Of a stretch of DNA of 64,000 nucleotides, positions 1 to 12,566 are shown in pieces. A program made the translations under genes and the position numbers. Source of the stretch: Eledone cirrhosa (Eukaryota); assembly GCA_964016885.1 (NCBI GenBank), contig OZ024743.1:348998001-349062000 (forward strand). Reading direction: 5' to 3'. Below the pieces are notes generated by a model. That model was not told where the DNA came from and searched no databases. It was given only the letters and a program-made list of their open reading frames with translations. How positions within the stretch are numbered: position 1 is the stretch's first letter; the number at the start of each line of letters is the position of its first letter.

Positions 1-135
1 TAATTTAAATTTGTCTCATGCAGACATTCATTTCCCCCCATTACAAATGACTGCAGGTGTTGAAGCCACCAACCCACCACTACCACAGCGACAACAGAAA
101 CAAAAGAAAAAAATAAATTATCTCGTGACATCGAA

Positions 136-1814
136 ATGGATTCACCCAGAAGGGACTCTTCCACAGCGAACACCACTGACGCCACCATGACCACAACTGA
201 AACTAAAAATAACAGTAACAAAAGTAACAATAATAACAACAGCAACACCAAAAATTATAATAACAACAACGTGTCATTTGCCAAAGCAGCAAAAAAATGC
301 GAAACAATCCAGGTAACTCAGGAGGAATTAGATGAAGTCAAGACAATGGTAAAGAAAGATGGGTACAGGGTCAGCCCCCCACCCCACACACACACACCTA
401 ATAAAATGGAGCATCGTCGCCAATGCACCGTGTCTTATCGGACAATTAACATAAAATCGGGCCGAGTAGAACGGGCATCCGAGTCCCAAATCCCAAAATG
501 TTTGGGACATGTGTGGGCAAATGAACCCTACATCAGACGTGGGCAGAAATAAGGAACCGTGGACGTGTTCTTTGGAACACCACACGGGGCCAGAGAGCAC
601 TCCATGGCCCCATTAAGAAGTGACGACTTCACACTCGTCCCAAGCTATTGTCGCCAGAGATTCGTAATGATCAGGGTGACCCACGTGCCACCAGCCATCG
701 AAACTCCCTGGCTAATGGCTGCCGTCCTCGCCGGTATCAAGGCCAACACCAAAATAATAGAAATAGCGAAATAAAAGAAGGACAACTGGTCCGGATCTGG
801 GATGGAGCTCTTGACCCAAGCGGACCAAAAAAGCATTGAAGAGATCCCAGAGGTAATACACCTCACTTACGGCAGGCACCTCACCGTAATCGTCGAGGGT
901 AGAAGGCCTAGGTGTGTCGTTTGTGGTGAAGGAACCCACCTAAGATCTTTCTGTCCTCAAGAAAGAAGTTGAGGCTACCTCTCTTACCCACCCCAGTGAC
1001 TCAACACCACCATCAACACCACCAGCAGCAGAAATGGCAGCAACAACTGTAGCAGCAACAACCCCAGCAACAGTAGCAAAACCAACACCACCACCACCCA
1101 ACGCACCATAACTATCACCAGCGCCTACACCATCCACCACGCCACAACCAAAACCAGCGCCTGTGGAGGATTTCCCACTCCCCGACCTATCGCAGCTGGA
1201 GACAGATTGTGACGATGAGTAGTGGGATACGGTATCAGGAAAAAAGAAACAAAAGAAAAAGAAGCCAAAAAAGAAAAACATTATCTTCCTTCCGCCTCCA
1301 AAAACAAAATACAGAAGGAAACAAATAAACTATCAAACAAAAAAGTTAGCACAGCTATGCCACCATCCACACCAGAATCACCAACCCCATCACCACAAAG
1401 AGCATCACCATCACCATCATTAACCCCAACACCACCATCACCAACACCACAAAAGTCACCAAAAAGCGAAACAGAAATAAACCCACAACAAATGCAAACA
1501 AAACAAAACAACCCAAACGATACACACTACACAACATTAAATTTGAGGAACAACCAACTATTACACTACATCCAACACAACACCAGCATCACAGAAAAAG
1601 ACTACACAACAACCCAAAAGTTCACACCACCTCCACACATACAAATCACTCGCACCACACAGAAAACGTACACGACACTAAAACAAAAATTCCCCAAAGA
1701 CATCGGAGACTTCCGACAAGCACTCTCCAGGAGGATTTATAAGGACATCCTTCCGGAGGAGGCCACAAGCAGTGAAAAGGGATGGAAAAACCATCCTTCC
1801 TCTACGAGAAGTAA
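136..1814 (+). pseudogene. LINE ORF1 (zinc knuckle, Pro/Thr-rich and His-rich tail), multiple stops and frameshifts
   Basis: ORF track pieces 136-552, 559-774 and 1222-1857; homologous to 12567-14254. Confidence 0.75.
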
Positions 1815-1853
1815 GGTAAGTGGTCTTTCCCATCTTTTCCACTCTATTTCAAC

Positions 1854-4310
1854 ATGAGCTCACTCAGAATAGGCAGCATAAATTCGGGTGGCTTTGGGGC
1901 GTCATGGAATCAGGGTCACCTGCTCAACGACCTCAGGTCTCAAAACATAGATGTAGTGGCCATCAGCGAGACCAGAATCTCCGAAGCACGTGTCTTCGTA
2001 CCGATCTTCGGCGGCTACGATGTGTACGCATCTCCCAGCCGTCCTGGATCGGGAGGAGGAGTTGCTGTGTTTTCGGAGAGGTTTGGATCTCGCCATACGG
2101 GCCATCTTCCTGAACCCAGAAGGTAAGTTGGTGGTGCTGGACTTGACCAGCGGAGACGGGCAAGCTTTTAGGCTAGTGGCCGTCTATGCCCCGACAGGAG
2201 CAGGGCGGCCTAATTTCTTCAGGCGTCTGGAAAACCTTTCTTGGAACGTCCTGCTCTTCAGTGTTAGTGGGCGACTGAAACGGGATCTTAGATGCATGCT
2301 TGGACTGTGTGGGATTAGCGGATTGGGGAGGAGTGTGCAAGAGCCTCACCAACCTGCTCAGGCGTTTTGAACTGTCTGACAGGTACCGATTGGATTTCCC
2401 GAATGTGCCAATGTGGACTTGGCGAAACCGCATTGGGTCATCCAGATCATATCTAGATAGAGTATTTTGTAGGGAAATAGATAGGTCTAGCATAGGCTGT
2501 CCACAATTCAAGATAGTCAGCTACACGGACCACAAATTCGTGATCTGTGTGCTTGACGTAGATAGGCTTCAAAGACGAGGACCCGGCTACTGGAAGCTAA
2601 ACGCGTCCTTACCAGCGCGCAAGTCCTACAGAGACCGGATTAGCGAACTAGTTAAGCGGGCGTTGACGGTGGCCATCGTCAACAACATGTGGTGGTTTGC
2701 TCTGAAAAGAGCGATTAGAATAGAGTACATTGGGTTTAGTAAGGCTTTAGCTATAGAGTAAAATAGAGCAGAGGGAGAATTAGTTAAACAATTAGACGAG
2801 GCGCTTAGCGAAGGCATCGCGACCGACGTACTTGCGGCGAAATTGGCCCTTGACCAATTCTTCATTGCAAAGCACGAATGCTGCGTTGTCAGAGCAAGGG
2901 TGCTAGCCTCAGACACGAGGGGACGAAAGCCGTTCAATGGGCCCGAGTGGCGGAGGCGCGTTGTGGCAGCAAAGCCACGATCCGGTCTTTGGTGGACCAC
3001 GACGGGCGCATGCTACTCGATCCTGGGCAAATGTGAGAAGCTTTTCAGCGACACTTCGCTCAGCTGTTCGGGAGCAGTGGCGGGCCGCATCATGGGACGG
3101 ACTTTAGTGTCTACCTCGACGGACTGCCGCAGCTCTCGCCCACTGAGGCGTGTGTTGCGAAAAGCCGATAACAGCCGCTGAAGTACGGGAGGCAATCACT
3201 GGCTGCACAAGGGGTAAATCGCCTGGTTTGGATTGTCTGCCCTATGAACTTTACGTACAGATGCCAGACTTGTTCGGCGGCCTCTTGGCGGAAGTCTACT
3301 GCAACTGGCAACAGAACGGGAGAATTCCCATCTCTGTGAGCCGAGGAGCGGTGGCGCTGCTGAGAAAGGATTCGAACAAGGGGGATAACATAGATAATTT
3401 CAGGCCCATAACTCTGCTAAACACAGAGTTTAAGATTTTGGCCAAGGTGCTAGCAAAGAGCTTTGCGCTTGTCGTTGGTGGTCTGGTGGGAGAGGCTCAG
3501 ACATGCGCCATTTCCGACAGATCCATCCACGACAACCTCCACCGCATGCGATACAATTGTGGAGATGGTAGCTAGGGAACCTGGAACGGGTGGGTCATTG
3601 ATCAATTTAGATCAGTCGAAAGCTTTCGATAGGGTCGAACATCGTTACCTAGCGGCAGTCCTGAGGGCGGCTGGCTTTGCGCCCATCTTCAGAAACTGGA
3701 TCGCTGCCATGCACAGCGACATCTGCTCTGTGGTGAGAGTGAACGGTCACCTTTCGGAACCGTTCAACATCATGCGCTTGGTCCGCCAAGGATGTCTCCT
3801 CTCGTCCCTCTTGTACGTATTGACTCTTGAGCCATTACTACACAGACTGGAGACGTTGAGGGGGATCTTATGCAAACTAGGATGCGGAAGACCGTGTCAC
3901 ATGTGCGGACAATGTCAACGTAGTGGTGTCGAACGCCAAACACATCGAGGCACTACACTAAGAGAATACGAAGCGGTGACAGGAGCAATGATCAACCGGG
4001 AATAGTCAGTGGGCCTGGAGAGACAGGTCCATGCCGCCCAACAGTGTCGTCGGGCGCTGGACGGATGAACCGGTTAAATTGCTAGGGTTATGGTTCGTTC
4101 CGGACCTCCAGACGGACAAAAACTGGGACGAGGTGACGGGCAGGGCGGGTTCCCTCACCCAGAAATGGGCGGAGAGGAAGCTATCTCTGAACGGTCGAGC
4201 GGAGGTGGCTAACACGTACATCGCTCCCGTCATCTACTACCGCCTGACCGTCGTATCTTGACCTAAGCACCGCCTGACTGCGCTGGAGCGTTTGCTCTTT
4301 CGCTTTTTGT
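1854..4310 (+). pseudogene. LINE ORF2 (APE endonuclease + reverse transcriptase), disrupted
   Basis: MSSLRIGSINS..DVVAISETR, VAVYAP, SYLDRVF, YTDHK, GYWKLN, KSPGLD, NFRPITLLN, LDQSKAFDRVEH, RQGCLLS. The YADD region is frameshifted and mutated. Confidence 0.9.
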
Positions 4311-5031
4311 CCGAGATACACAATGTTCCTACTACCGCTCAAAAATAATGATGATAAGATGATCAGGATAACAAATAAATTCCATCTTAGGTTAGATCGA
4401 TTATGGCTGATTTTTGGCTAGAGAACAATAAACATCTTCATACATTGTATAATCACGTTTAGCTGTACAGTTAATATTCCATCGGGCTTTTGTAAATTGA
4501 GTTACTGTTTTGTAAAATGTCTATTCAATACCCTATACACACATTGTATAGATGCGCATATTATTAAGACACACCCATTACTATAATATGTTATATTGCA
4601 CAGTCATATATATTATATTTATATTGTAGGTATACTGTGAATCATGAACTAATGAACATAACCTCTGCAATGTCATTTGACCTGTTAGGAGTATCAACAT
4701 AAAACTGTTTCGAACAGAAATAGCCAACCTCATAAAAACTCGAGTCAGTGTTGTATACATTACAACAAAACTACAACCAGAATAAAACTCGGCGTAAAAC
4801 AAGTAAAGAAGCAATAGCATAAAAGAAATAATAGTAATAATACATGGGAAAACAGGCAAAACATTTTAACGTAGTTTACGGTTTACAAAACGAACAGTAA
4901 AACTCTATGGTTACACTGCCCTCTCTTTTTACAAAAACAACACAAAATAATAAAGAACACTGTATACCAATCTAAAGCACATGTGAGACATTTAGTGAAA
5001 ATCCAGCTCCAGAAACCACACTGTACTACAC

Positions 5032-5032
<1 letters not shown>

Positions 5033-5063
<31 letters not shown>

Positions 5064-5520
5064 CTTCTTCTTGAGAGGGTCGTAGGGGCAGAGTCCTCAA
5101 ACACTCCTTCTAATGTGTCCTGTCGAAAGTAACTACCTTCAATTAATCCGGTTGGATCTCCAAGCGAGACCAACCGAGTTCATGGCTGTTATTCAACAAT
5201 CTTTCTTCGCGTCTAGCCCTAGAACTCCCGGTGGTTGGTTTTCCCCCCTAAAATCTGTCCAGCGATTCTTTTTTTTCTGAGACATTCTAACCACATGCTA
5301 TGATCTCTTAATTCGGAAAAATAGCAGCTCTACCTGGAGTGATTCTCTGATCTTCGAGCTACGCAATCTATTGAGTAACGTTACCACAAAGACCCTTCGG
5401 ATGAACCTCATTTAAACCGCTTGTATTCGTGATCGTATTCTTTCGGTCATTACCCAAGATTCATGACCTATAGGTAATGTTTGCCACGAATACCGCATTG
5501 AAGATAGCGAGTTCAGCTTA
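5033..5520 (-). mobile_element. RTE-type LINE 3' end with (AAG)n tail
   Basis: (CTT)n at 5033-5071 followed by sequence homologous in reverse to 37310-37853 and directly to 55960-56330. Confidence 0.65.
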
Positions 5521-6580
5521 AAGGTAAGGAGCAGAAACTAGTGGAGTAGGCTAGATGCTTCCGGCTAGATATAATCAGATATTGCCGAACACAGTTCTGA
5601 ATCTCTGATACAATAGATTTCGATATAGGATGCAAACTCGAATATTCAGGTGTGGCGCCAGAAATGACTGCAGAGCCCCGGGCTGTTAGAATGTATTATG
5701 GATTGGATCGTGTTTGGAGGGACGGTTTGCCTCTTGAAACTTAGGCTTCAAGATAGGTCTTTGTGGGTGGTGCAAGTTTATACAACAAATAAGAAGCCTA
5801 AATACAGGTCATTCTTTGATGAAGTCACTTCAGCATTAGTGTCATATATCCTGATGGGAGACTTCAATGTACATGTTAGCACTGACCACCTGGCATCGAA
5901 TGGAGTAATTGGAAGGAATGGCGACCCCGATCTGAATACAAATGGATAGGCCTTGCTAGATTTCTGTTCTAGCAATGGACTCTCTATTATGAATACCTCC
6001 TTCCAGCGCAGAGACATCCATAAATATACGTGGTAAAAGAGGAATCAGGAACAGAAATCTGTGCTGGGTATTCGTTTTAAAATAAGGACTGAGGTGTCAA
6101 CTGATCACCAGTTACATTTTGAGACTACATAAAGCCAAGAAACACACAAAACTGACATGTCCGGGGCGACCTACAGGATAAGCTGGGAATCATTGGTCGT
6201 TTCTGTTTCCGCTGTAAAATTCTGTTTCCGCTGTAAAATTCTGTTTCCGCTGTAAAATGCTGCCGGTAAAAGAGATTTTGTGTGGCACCACTGGTTCAAT
6301 CAAGAGGTCAAAGATGCCATCCGAGCAATAAAGGAGGCTTAAAATGCTTGGCATCGAAATAAGTCGCCCTCCTTGCAGACACGACAGTAAAGGACACCAA
6401 AGTTAAGACATGGGTGAACGTTGGGGTTAAGCCTGAATCCAACTTCATATAGCAAATAAAGTGTTTTGTCACACCATCTACCGACTTCTTAATAAGAAGG
6501 CCTATCCACACCTGCTATCAAGAATGGGCTACAGGCTCTCCTCTCTTCCGAGAGGTGCATCCACGCGAGGGAAAAAGAAT
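5520..6580 (+). mobile_element. RTE-type LINE APE endonuclease/linker fragment (decayed)
   Basis: LWVVQVY..ILMGDFNVHV..GVIGRNGDPDLNTNG*ALLDFCSSNGLSIMNTSFQRRDIHKYTW and TDH motifs typical of RTE APE domains. Confidence 0.75.
6201..6257 (+). repeat. 19-bp tandem repeat x3 (ttctgtttccgctgtaaaa)
   Basis: Directly visible triplication inside the RTE fragment. Confidence 0.9.
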
Positions 6581-7449
6581 ACAATTGAGATCAAGCACGA
6601 TATTTTGAAACAATATGCTCAATTATTTCTCTGAGATTACCTTGTGCGGTAGCGTCATTCATCACATGGTTTAACATCACATGTTGGCTCTTGTGTAACT
6701 TTAGCAGAAACCACAGTGTTAGACGAGTTCGAGCCAGGAATTGAGTTTGAGAATACCTTCCTCCTTCATCCTTCCAGCCTCATATTCTATAAAAAGTGCC
6801 ATTTTGTATTTTCTTTTAAAGAGCAGGCCTTGTTATGCTATCATGAATCATTCAGTCTTACCTGAACTTTAACCTTGTTTAGATAGTGGTTTTCAACTAC
6901 GATGTTTTCAACTCATATATGCTATTAACCGTGGACATGGACATGTTTTATGAGGCATATGTTTATTATCATTTTGATCGGATCTTATATTTTTTTGATT
7001 TCATGTTTTCTATCGGGGATCATTTTTTTATTGATTTTTTCTTACATTAGATTATTTGTTATATTTATCAGACTTTGTGTTTTCGTAATTATTTTTAATC
7101 TGCTTTTGAGCATATTAATGTAAAACCGCCACGTGTGTCTGATAGATAAATAGATAAGTCTAATTATAGTCCCCCTTTACAATATTCTGGTCTTTTGCCA
7201 ATAAAATCTTCACTATCTTTGAAAGAATGTTTCAGCCTACCACATTTGCACACAGGTGTCTATCATTATCGCACCTTACCCCAAACTTCACACTCTACCA
7301 ACACACTGTTGTTGGAACTCTGGCGTTTCCGATACAAGTATTCCACTTGTTTTGAACAGAAACGTTTGCTTGTTCAGCGTTCAACAAACATGTTACCCGT
7401 AACGTAGTTCTCAGTGAGACAGTTTGTGACAAAACTGGCAACAATTTCC

Positions 7450-7545
7450 TGATGAGTGGACTGGAGCAACGGGAAATAAAACACCTTGCTCAAAGATATA
7501 ACATAACGAGGGGTATCGAACACGCGGCTATATGATCGCTATGAC
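7450..7545 (-). mobile_element. tRNA-derived SINE fragment (second SINE family)
   Basis: gtggactggagcaac..gaaat..ccttgctcaa..ggtatcgaac; contains a reverse B-box (gttcgatac). Confidence 0.5.
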
Positions 7546-8017
7546 ATGAGTTTTCACACAACAGTATTTCTATAAACACATTCGTCTTCTCTCACTAGTG
7601 TCCCCATAAATTACACAGTTCTCAAGCGAGAAAACTTCCATGATTATATATACTAGTTTTCATTAAACTTAAACTAACAGAGAAATAACAACCACTCTCG
7701 AAAAATTATTGAATCCTTCTCTACCTACAGAAATCTATATCAAAATATACACACTACAAAACAAATAGCCATACCGTAATGCACGTTCACCAACTATTCA
7801 AAACACATCAGATCACTTGACTATTTTACATGTGTGCCACTCGTGAAAAATCATAATTTTATAGTTTAGCATTTGAAAGGATTGTTAATGCCCGGTAGTC
7901 GTAATTCGTGAAAGCGATTAATGGTCTGTATAATTCCTAGATATAAAAGTTGAATAATTATGGGGACTGCTGTCAAGTCCCCAAATGATAATATTTTGGT
8001 GGCTACATATATATGTA

Positions 8018-8103
<86 letters not shown>

Positions 8104-8309
8104 TAATTATATATATATATATTAAAGTGTTCAATAATATTCAATGAGTATGTCAAAGAATGAATTTTACAGTAGATTGGAAGCACTCTACGGTAAAATA
8201 AGTTTCCTGAGTTATTAATATTAAAATACAAATATTAATAAAATAGATGTCCTTTTGATCAATTACATTTTATTATACCATATATATAACCCATATATAG
8301 GTCACCAAT

Positions 8310-10236
8310 ACCTCAGAACTCTAAAAGGTAAAATAACTGAAATAAAAATGTTAACAAAGTACTCGTTAAATCGGACAAAACTAATAATTTATATGGGTTA
8401 AGCAAAGATGAATATAACAACTTGATTTTGAAAGAACTTAGGAAAAATTACAAAAAAGCCCCGGCTAAAGATCTTACTGAAATTAATGAAGAAGCCTACA
8501 AATTAATTACCAATTTAGGAATAGAAGGAAGAACTGAGCCATTCTTACCTAGACAGCCGAAGATCAACCTGAAGGATCATAAAAGAAACTTTAAGGGAGA
8601 GATGCCAGTTAGACTGATTGCTCCATCGAAATCGGATATAGGAGTAATCAGTAAAAGCATCATAGATAGAATATTACCCACTCTTAAATTGAGATCTAAT
8701 TTGAGCTTATGGAAAGATACAAACGAGGTCATAGAATGGTACAGGAATATAGATGATAAGAAAAACCATAAATTCATCCTGATGGGCATTGCTAGCTACT
8801 ATTATTCCATAACACCTAACCTTCTAAATAAGGCCCTTTCATATGCTTATAAGCATACTGATCTAACCACGGATGAAATAGATATAATACTAACAGCCAG
8901 AAGAAATCTTATTAACTTCAATAACGAATATTGGACACGCTCAGATAGAGATAGAAACTTTGATATCACTATCGGGGTATCCGATTCCGCGCAAATCACA
9001 GATCTTTTGGGAATTTTCATATTAAACATGATAAATAGAAAACTGCCGGTGATTACCGATGGTTTATATAGGGACGACATTTTATTTACGTTGGTCAAAC
9101 ACAACAATATAGAGTAAAGAAGAATATAATAGAATTATTTAAAGATATGACCTTAAATTAGAAGTAGAAAATGGTACTAAAATAGTTAATTTCCTAGACG
9201 TTACCTTTAACTTAAACACTGGCTTCTATTTCCCAATGAAAACTTAAACTATGTTCATAACTATTCAAATCACCCTAGATCGGTAAAAAGAGCTATAGTA
9301 AATAGTGTGCAAAAACGTATTAATAAAATATCAGCCAATAAAGATATATTTGATGAAAACGCTGAATACTACAACAAAGCGTTAAAAAGAGCAGAATATA
9401 TGAATAATATAGAATATGTAGCTAATAATAATCCAAGTATTATTCCTAATAATAATAATAAAAATAATAACATATATAAGAGAACCTCTAATAATTATAA
9501 TTCAAACACCCATACGCCAAATAAATCGAGAATACGAACTAGATCTAAATCAGTCATATGGTTTGCCCGCCCCCCTGCTTCGGTCGCAGTTAAAACACCA
9601 ATTGCAAAATTATTCTTTAGCGCTCTTGACACCTCTTTTCATACTCAACATAAATACCATTCTATTTTTAATAGACATACCATTAAATTCTCACATTCTA
9701 CAACTATGAACATGGCCCAAAACATTGCCAAATTAAACACTAAAATCCTAAAACCAAACCAGCATAATGATCCTAATAATAGAGTTAACATAAATGATAC
9801 TAAACCAAAATGTAATTGTAAAAATAAAACTGATTGCCCTTTGAAAAATAATTGTCTAGATAGTAATTTGGTCTATAAATGCACTGTAAAAACTGATCAC
9901 AACAGATACAACTACATAGGATCAACCTCTTCGACATTCAAAGCCCGATTTGCGAACCATAAATGATAATTCTTGAACTCTAAAAGGAAATCATCCACGT
10001 CTTTATCACAGCTCATATGGTCATTAAAAGAGAAGAATTTAAAATACTCCATTCTTTGGACAAAACTTCGGAACTGTGGAATTTACGGCAACTCTTGTAT
10101 ATCAAATAACTTCACGCTCTGTACAATGGATACCCTGTTGATTATTAATAATTATGAGACCCTAATTAACAAAAAAAGTGAATTATTTTCTAGTTGCCTC
10201 CATAAAAGCTACGTCCACTTTGTTAGCCTCCCATAA
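8310..10236 (+). pseudogene. PLE polyprotein (RT + GIY-YIG endonuclease), disrupted
   Basis: VKSDKTNNLY, LKDHK..PVRLI, FDITIGVSDSAQITDLLG, GLYRDD, VNFLDVTFNL, YVHNYSNHP, CNC..CPL..C, VYKC..YIGST..FKARFANH, C-terminal CLH; several stops and frameshifts. Confidence 0.9.
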
Positions 10237-10549
10237 AACGAGAAAAAAATAGAGAATAACATTAAACCATTAATAACTAGGTTGCCAGGAATATATAATC
10301 AACAGGTGAAAACATTAATGGCCTTTAATATTGCTTTATGTTGTAGCTATCTATAGAAGAAATAACGTTCGAATGAAAGACACTTGTTCAATAACATGCC
10401 GGAACATTGATACACATAACATTATTTTATTAACTTTGATCAATACCATTATTTCTTTATTTCTTTATTGCTCTATCTATCTTCCTATCTATGTTTTAAA
10501 GTTTAGTTTAATACCGAACCCATACATCTTTACGGAACTTATCTATAAC

Positions 10550-10825
10550 TGTGAATTTTTAATGCGTTTTTGATCTCTTATTTATAGTATAATATAATAT
10601 AGTATATTATAATATGTATGTAATTATATTTTTATATATTTTTAAATATACCTACTGCACTTTAAAATCTAAAATTTAAATCAGATTCAATCTTGAAATT
10701 TAAAACAGATTCAAATGTGAATTTTTGGGTGCATTTTTGATCTCTTATTTATAATATAATGTATTATAATATGTATGTAATTATATATTATATCTTATAT
10801 ATTTTTAAATATAGCTACCGCATTT
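10550..10825 (+). repeat. ~165-bp imperfect tandem duplication in PLE 3' UTR
   Basis: tgtgaatttt..tttttgatctcttatttata..aatatgtatgtaattatatt occurs at ~10550 and ~10716. Confidence 0.7.
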
Positions 10826-11862
10826 CTATATACATGATTCAAATATAGAGAATATATCCAAACTAAAAAATATTATAGGCATTATTTTGAACTCTGAATT
10901 ATCCATGCACTTATTATTGTTTTTCTTATATATATATATATATATGTATTTAAATGTAACACGTTGAACTCGATTATATAAAATTATAACCGTTATCATT
11001 TACCTAAAGTATACCGCACCACTAATACCTAATATATATCTATATATACCTCCCTATATCTTCCTATACATAATGTTTAGTTAACTTCTAAATTTCTTGA
11101 TTATGTATACTCTGAACTAAGAATAATTAATGCATTTACACCCTGTTATATATAGGTGTATATTTAAGCTTAACATACCTCAATCTATTATTTTATTTTT
11201 ATTTTCGTTATTATTTACCTAAAATATACTGGCTCATTAATATATATCTATATATATAATCATTATTTAAAGATTTCTAACAATAAGTACTTCAAAAGCT
11301 TTACATACCTAATATGCTGGTATCTTTGTTAAAGTTTAAATTTAGGAAAATAATCAACAGTATTAAATTTCATTCTTGATGTGCCAGCTAAATCCTTTAA
11401 AAGTTACCCTCATAAAACTCAGAAGCGTAGAAATGTTAACACACTTATAGAATTTATAAAACTAATATATAAATAACCAGCAAAAAAATCCTGAAATCTT
11501 GATTCTTCACCCTAAAATTATAAATTAAATATTTTCAAAATTAACCGTTTAACTTTCGGGAAAAATCTCCTTCTGCATATACCCCCCCCCCTTGTCTTTC
11601 CTCTCTATAAATTCTTCTCCAGGGGCTATCACTGGCTGTCATGATTCATGAGATGTTTTCCTAGATAAATTGTTGTATGATACATTTTAAAATCACTATA
11701 ACTGTTACATTAACGTTTTTCTTACTCACACATTGTCTATTGAATTTATTACGTTTTCGCATTTTCTCATAATTAGGGTATAAATGTTAAATTTTCTCTT
11801 AGGTTAATTACTACCTTGACTAAATATTAACCATTTAACATCTCAGTGTATGTCATGTATCA

Positions 11863-11923
11863 TTATATTTTGTCTGATGAGGACGTACTGTTGTACATCC
11901 GAAATATGTATAATAAAATGTAA
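11863..11923 (+). ncRNA. Type I hammerhead ribozyme (PLE pLTR)
   Basis: Stem I ttatattttgt/ataaaatgtaa, CTGATGA (11874-80), stem II GGAcGTAC-tgtt-GTACaTCC, GAAA (11901-04), short stem III ATATGTAT; predicted cleavage after A11912. Confidence 0.85.
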
Positions 11924-12566
11924 TTGATCAAAAGAACATCTATTTTATTAATATTTGTATTTTAATATATATATATATATATAAAATCCAATTTGGCTTG
12001 TTAATTTATTAACCCGACATTGGCATACGGTTGAATGATATTTGAATCCCTATATGTATTTTTTACACGTAGGAACACGTACTTTATTATTATTATTATT
12101 ATTATTGGCGACCTACGTAGTAAATCGTATCATCGTGAGCTCCGCAAAGGTTTCTTATTTTCAGTTATTTGAAACTGCCATTTATGGTAAACTTTTATTG
12201 TTAACTGTATATGAGTGCATATACATTGATTTCTGAAAAGGACACTCCAAAAGATTGGGGCCTTGAGCCCAAAATTTAAACCTTTTATAATTATCAAACA
12301 AAAAAAGATTTTCTTTGAAAAATCATGGCCGACTCAGTGTCACACCTTCCTCACAAACTATCACCTCACACCGACACCACCATTGTAAATATTGCTACGT
12401 TTGCCAACACTAAACATATAAGCAGTAGCAATAATTTAAATTTGTATCAGTAAGACATTCATTTCCCGCCATTACCAATGACTGCAGGTGTAAAGCCGCC
12501 ACCCCCACCACCACCACAGCGACAACAGAAACAAAATAAAAAAATAAATTAACTCGTGATATCGAA

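Larger units (their letters stand above)
1..4310 (+). mobile_element. Tx1/L1-clade non-LTR retrotransposon, copy 1 (decayed, 3'-truncated, 5' end outside window)
   Basis: ORF1 fragments with a CX2CX4HX4C knuckle (RPRCVVCGEGTHLRSFCP, ~903-955) followed by ORF2 fragments with APE endonuclease and RT motifs. Collinear with 12433-16776; similarity stops abruptly at cgctttttgt|ccgag (4310). Confidence 0.9.
8121..11966 (+). mobile_element. Penelope-like element (Naiad-like RT/GIY-YIG), 5'-truncated, with inverted pLTR at the left end, inserted in (TA)n
   Basis: RT and GIY-YIG ORF fragments 8422-10236; 8221-8278 is the reverse complement of 11908-11965; HHR at 11863-11923; (TA)n on both flanks. Confidence 0.9.

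Noticed and set aside
4581-4859. Hydrophobic 92-aa minus-strand ORF
   Set aside because: No ATG start, compositional bias from T-rich DNA, no recognisable homology.
7449-7480. CTGATGA..GAAA resembling an HHR core
   Set aside because: No stem I, II or III pairing; it overlaps a SINE fragment.
9964-9969. TGA after FANHK as possible selenocysteine (some Naiad PLEs encode Sec)
   Set aside because: It is followed immediately by TAA at a position that is normally Ser-Ser rather than Cys, and the ORF is generally decayed.
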